This document shows, piece by piece, positions 60,383-64,000 of a DNA stretch of 64,000 nt. Source of the DNA: a bacterium (GTDB lineage Bacteria > Zixibacteria > MSB-5A5 > GN15 > FEB-12); the NCBI GenBank assembly GCA_043811375.1, contig JBDRNJ010000084.1:1-64000 (forward strand), written 5' to 3'. Position numbers and translations under genes: made by a program. Below the pieces are notes generated by a model, which worked only from the letters and a program-made list of their open reading frames with translations, searched no databases and was not told where the DNA came from. Every line of letters begins with the position of its first letter. Within the stretch, counting starts at the first letter, position 1.

Positions 60383-60682
60383 CTAATTCACCGGCGGTCC
60401 GGATTGGACACCAGCACCACGGGCCAGGTCGGCATTGATCTTCACGGCCGATTTGTAGGCATCGTACATGCCGTAGATGAACATAATCGGTGTTGTAATA
60501 ATACCGATCACGGTGAAAATTATCGATACTAGCATGACAATTGAAATGGAATAGAGAACGATAAAAAATATCCCCTTGGCAATCTGGCCATTATAGATCT
60601 GTCCCAGGCCCATGTAGAAAAACGACAGCACTGCTGCCAGGCCGGGGTTTTTGTAGAAAACCGGTGGGGTCGGATTGGTCAT
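60383..60682 (-). CDS. TM2-like small membrane protein
   Basis: KNPGLAAVLSFFYMGLGQIYNGQIAKG and YDAYKSA. AGGAGG RBS. Confidence 0.85.
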   Translation of the reverse strand: MTNPTPPVFYKNPGLAAVLSFFYMGLGQIYNGQIAKGIFFIVLYSISIVMLVSIIFTVIGIITTPIMFIYGMYDAYKSAVKINADLARGAGVQSGPPVN

Positions 60683-60829
60683 GGCATTCCTCCTGATGAG
60701 AGACTGATTATTACCTATATATACGGGACCAACTGTGCAAAATTCAATCGTTTTCTCTCCGACAACTGCGCCCCGACGGCCCGACTCCCGATAATTCCGG
60801 CAGAGTCCGAGTCAAACACGGGAGACCCG

Positions 60830-61357
60830 ATGGGAAAACTTGCCACCATACTGCTGACAGCAGCGCTGTTATTGACTGCAGCGCTGCTTTTTGCCTGCAC
60901 TCAGAGAATCGCCGTTGTCAGAGGGCGGTCCAGTAACCAACAGCCCGCCGCGGAAAACAGACCGGCCCAGCCGGATAACCACCCGGCCTACCAGGACTGT
61001 CTCGACGAAGGCTTGATACTGCTGCGTCAGGAGAAATATGAGGCTGCCCGTTTTCTGTTGCGGCAAGCCACTAAACTCAACCCCGAGAGCTGGCAGTCCT
61101 ACTACTATCGTTCACTGGCCTTAAGCCACGACGACCTGTACGCCCGGGCGCACGACCTGCTGGACTCCGCCCTGATTTATGCTCCCCGCGACAACCGCAC
61201 CCGGGGTCGCATATACCTGCTGCTGGCCCAGACCTGGGAAGAGCGGGGCCGGTTGGGGCAGGCGCAATTGAATTACATAACCGCTCTCAATCTCTGTCCC
61301 GACTCCTCTCCCGCCGCCTCCGCTCTTAAGCGTCTGCGGCAACTCCAACAGGAGTAA
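60830..61357 (+). CDS. TPR-repeat lipoprotein
   Basis: LFAC lipobox and three TPR-like motifs. Confidence 0.8.
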   Translation: MGKLATILLTAALLLTAALLFACTQRIAVVRGRSSNQQPAAENRPAQPDNHPAYQDCLDEGLILLRQEKYEAARFLLRQATKLNPESWQSYYYRSLALSHDDLYARAHDLLDSALIYAPRDNRTRGRIYLLLAQTWEERGRLGQAQLNYITALNLCPDSSPAASALKRLRQLQQE

Positions 61358-61442
61358 TCGGCCGGGTTTTGATTTCCCCTCGGAAAGACGCCGGTCTATA
61401 TTGTCTCGGCAAGACAAACCTGTGGCATGATGGAAGGAAACT

Positions 61443-61877
61443 GTGGCTGATTTGTTACGTCGCCTGACAATCGATGACTACGATGAATTGATAAGAGTGT
61501 GGGGTATGGCTGGTCTGCCCTATCGCCCCAGTGGCCGGGACCGTCGCGATCGTATCGAGCGGGAGATGGCGCGCCCCGACACGGAGTTTTTCGGCATCTT
61601 TGAAAACGATCGCCTTGTCGCCGTCGGGCTGGCCACCTTCGATGGCCGCAAGGGATGGATCAACCGGGTGGGGGTCGATCCCGACTGCCGTCTTCGGGGG
61701 CTGGCGGCGCGGATAATCGCCGAATGCGAAACTTTCCTCGAGGAGTGCGGTGCCGAGATCATTGCCTGCCTGATCGAGGAATACAACACCCCCTCGATGG
61801 CCCTGTTTCAAAAGCACGGCTACCTCTACACCGAGGGCGTCTACTACTTCTCCAAACGCAAGTCAGAGGATACGTAG
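61443..61877 (+). CDS. GNAT family N-acetyltransferase
   Basis: DGRKGWINRVGVDPDCRLRGLA and N.PS..LF.KHGY motifs. Confidence 0.9.
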   Translation: MADLLRRLTIDDYDELIRVWGMAGLPYRPSGRDRRDRIEREMARPDTEFFGIFENDRLVAVGLATFDGRKGWINRVGVDPDCRLRGLAARIIAECETFLEECGAEIIACLIEEYNTPSMALFQKHGYLYTEGVYYFSKRKSEDT

Positions 61878-61990
61878 GTTGCTGTTTGCACCACAAGCAT
61901 ACAGAGATATGCAGAGTAAAGAAATAGCTGTAAAGTCAGAATCTTTGAAGTCAGAGAACAGATTTACTACCCAAAGAGCATATTTTATGA

Positions 61991-62018
61991 TTGACAACTG
62001 ATCAGAGGATGTTACATT
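61991..62018 (+). promoter_or_regulatory. sigma70-type promoter for the Panacea gene
   Basis: TTGACA-16 nt-TACATT with extended -10 TG. Confidence 0.55.
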
Positions 62019-62048
62019 GATTAATGGATACTGGATCTGAGGGATGCC

Positions 62049-62609
62049 GTGACCCATATGCAGTTTGACGAACAGAAATTCAAAGAATTGGTCTTGTACA
62101 TTGCGGGAAAGTGCCAAGGGCACTCAAAGTATGGTAAGACCAAGCTCAACAAGATATTATTCTTCTCCGATTTCATAGCTTATGCCAAGTGGGGATGTGC
62201 TATCACAGGCGCGGAGTATTTTCACCTACCAAAGGGCCCTGCACCTCAACAAATGTTACCGATTATGGAGCAGATGGTGAGCGATCACGAATTAGCGATT
62301 GTTCCGCGTCAGATATTCGCAAAGACTCAAGAGAGACCGACTAATCTCAGAAACGCTAATCTGAGTGAATTCAGCGCGGATGAGCTCTCTTTGGTGGACT
62401 CAGTAATTGAGGAACTGCGAGAAAAGTCTGCGGAGGAGGTCAGTTCACTTTCACACTATTACATTGGTTGGCAGTTAACTCAGGAAGGCGAGACAATCCC
62501 GTACTACAGTGTGCACTGTCGACATCCTAAGGCTACCGACATCACCAAGGAAGATATTGAAGAAGGCATGAGGACAGCTCGCGAGTTTGGTCTTCTTGAT
62601 GCTGAGTAA
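62049..62609 (+). CDS. Panacea (DUF4065/SocA-like) antitoxin-domain protein
   Basis: KELVLYI, KTKLNKILFFSDF..Y...G..ITG..Y....GP and SLSH..W motifs. Confidence 0.88.
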   Translation: MTHMQFDEQKFKELVLYIAGKCQGHSKYGKTKLNKILFFSDFIAYAKWGCAITGAEYFHLPKGPAPQQMLPIMEQMVSDHELAIVPRQIFAKTQERPTNLRNANLSEFSADELSLVDSVIEELREKSAEEVSSLSHYYIGWQLTQEGETIPYYSVHCRHPKATDITKEDIEEGMRTAREFGLLDAE

Positions 62610-62906
62610 TCACTCTGCGAGAAATTTCTTCACTCTTAGTTCACATATCTCGACTTCACCCGGTTTTACAAATATGTGGGCAATGAACTGGTAACCTCTC
62701 GGGTGTCGCTTAGCTTTGTAGAACCTCACGTTAGTTCCTTCAAGTATCGGGCACAAGTCAGCATTTCGTTCAAGGTAGAATATTATCGATCCAACAATAT
62801 CGTCAACTGCTTTAACATCTTCAATCTCCTCTTTGGCATTCTGGATGTCGCTATTGCATCGGTCGGATAGCCGAACACGTCTAAACCTTGCCAGGAAATC
62901 ATTCAT
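62610..62906 (-). CDS. Small hypothetical protein, possibly RelE/ParE-fold toxin
   Basis: About 98-101 aa. Beta-helix-helix then IFYLERNADLCPILEGTNVRFYK and terminal beta strands. Start uncertain (62906 ATG or 62915 TTG). Confidence 0.55.
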   Translation of the reverse strand: MNDFLARFRRVRLSDRCNSDIQNAKEEIEDVKAVDDIVGSIIFYLERNADLCPILEGTNVRFYKAKRHPRGYQFIAHIFVKPGEVEICELRVKKFLAE

Positions 62907-63025
62907 GAAGAACAAGCCGGTTGTTAAGAGTGCACACCTTCTTTATCGCTATTGGCTTGTAATTGGCGTTGTAAAGTTGTCCTGTCGCATACCGCCACTG
63001 TTACCACCTTTTGCTTTTTTTAGGA

Positions 63026-63060
63026 GGCTCCGGGTCGCAAGCAACCCGGAGCCCGTTTTT
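63026..63060 (+). terminator. GC-rich hairpin terminator (U-tract on plus strand; possibly bidirectional)
   Basis: GGCTCCGGGT-CGCAAGCA-ACCCGGAGCC followed by CG and T5, located just past the nrdJ stop. Confidence 0.6.
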
Positions 63061-63097
63061 CCTTCATCCCTGAAGGTAGTCGTGGCGTCCTGCCTGT

Positions 63098-64000
63098 TTA
63101 GCTGCACCCACTGGTGGCGCCGCAGGTGTCGCACTTGAGACAGGTGCCGTTTCTAATCATGGTAAACTGGCCGCACTCGCCACACATGTCGCCTTCGTAA
63201 CCCTTCAGTCGCGCGGTTTGGATTTGACGCCGAAGTCGGTTAGCTCCCTGTTGGCCGTCGGTTCCGGTCGGCGCGGTAACATACTCATACAGCGCCTCCG
63301 GCGTTTCAGGTTTCGCAGTTGCAGTGTTACTCTCCAGCGGTTGACCATCGCCGTTACCTCCTGGTTCCTTCCGATCACCATTGCCGTTGCCGTTCCCAAC
63401 CTTGAGGTGGGGTGTCTGAATGTCCGTGGCCGTGCGACTTCCATTGGTGATCCCCTCAGGCGTCAGCGGTTGTGCCGGTTCTTCGGATTCATACTCCATC
63501 GACTCACCGGCCGGCTCGCCCAGGGTATCCCCGCGGAGGTCATCTTCGGAAACGTGGGCCAGGTCATCGCGATCCAGATAAGTGATGGCCAGTTCCCGGA
63601 AGATGTAATCTATGATGGATGTAGCACGTTTGATCGATTTGTTGCCGCGCACCATTCCGTTGGGTTCAAAGCGGCTGAACAGGAAGGCTTCCACGAACTC
63701 CTCCAGCGGCACACCGTGCTGGAGTCCCAGTGATATGGCGATGGCAAAGCTGTTCATCAGAGAACGGAAAGCGGCACCTTCGCGGTGCATGTCCAGAAAG
63801 ATTTCGCCCAGCGTACCGTCAGAGTAATCGCCGGTGCGCAGGTATAACTTGTGCCCGCCGACCACTGCTTTCTGCGTGTACCCGGCGCGACGATATGGCA
63901 GCTTGCGTCGCTTGGCGATATAGCGGTAGACCAGCTTCTCGGCCATTTTCTCCGAAGCACTCTCAATTGTGAGGCTCTCCCCGTCATCATCCTCATCCAA
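63098..64000 (-). CDS. nrdJ: Class II (B12-dependent) ribonucleotide reductase, C-terminal part (truncated by window)
   Basis: [55 protein letters not shown] and C-terminal [22 protein letters not shown]. Confidence 0.93.
   Translation of the reverse strand: MDEDDDGESLTIESASEKMAEKLVYRYIAKRRKLPYRRAGYTQKAVVGGHKLYLRTGDYSDGTLGEIFLDMHREGAAFRSLMNSFAIAISLGLQHGVPLEEFVEAFLFSRFEPNGMVRGNKSIKRATSIIDYIFRELAITYLDRDDLAHVSEDDLRGDTLGEPAGESMEYESEEPAQPLTPEGITNGSRTATDIQTPHLKVGNGNGNGDRKEPGGNGDGQPLESNTATAKPETPEALYEYVTAPTGTDGQQGANRLRRQIQTARLKGYEGDMCGECGQFTMIRNGTCLKCDTCGATSGCS

Noticed and set aside
1..64000. tRNA/rRNA genes
   Set aside because: No cloverleaf or rRNA signature was recognised in the intergenic regions by eye; tRNAscan-SE/Infernal would be definitive.

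Overview
A 64-kb chromosomal window from a diderm (LPS-producing) bacterium. The gene style (TPR-sigma54 activator, cohesin-like and Ig/beta-propeller lipoproteins) suggests an FCB-related lineage such as Zixibacteria; this is inference only. Housekeeping genes include hldA/hldC, kbl/tdh, ftsB-recO-glyQS, valS, mazG, mtnA, rsmB, coaX and the C-terminus of nrdJ. They are interspersed with surface/lipoprotein genes and small accessory inserts: an AAA ATPase + DUF4276 pair, a caspase-kinase fusion, a Panacea antitoxin converging on a RelE-like ORF, an IS3 end and an IS481 remnant. A RAYT transposase is flanked by its GTAG-REPs, and several different GTAG/GTGG REP families fill the intergenic spaces. 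The most striking locus is 25963-29570 (minus strand). A sigma70 promoter drives a small secreted pre-peptide that is translationally coupled to a TPR-repeat sigma54 enhancer-binding protein. Downstream come a terminator, a palindrome at enhancer distance, a well-formed sigma54 -24/-12 promoter, a ~105-nt terminator-bounded putative sRNA and an unannotated 52-aa membrane protein. This is a candidate peptide-sensing (RRNPP-like) / sigma54 / sRNA (LuxO-Qrr-like) signalling system. No rRNA, tRNA or CRISPR array was found.
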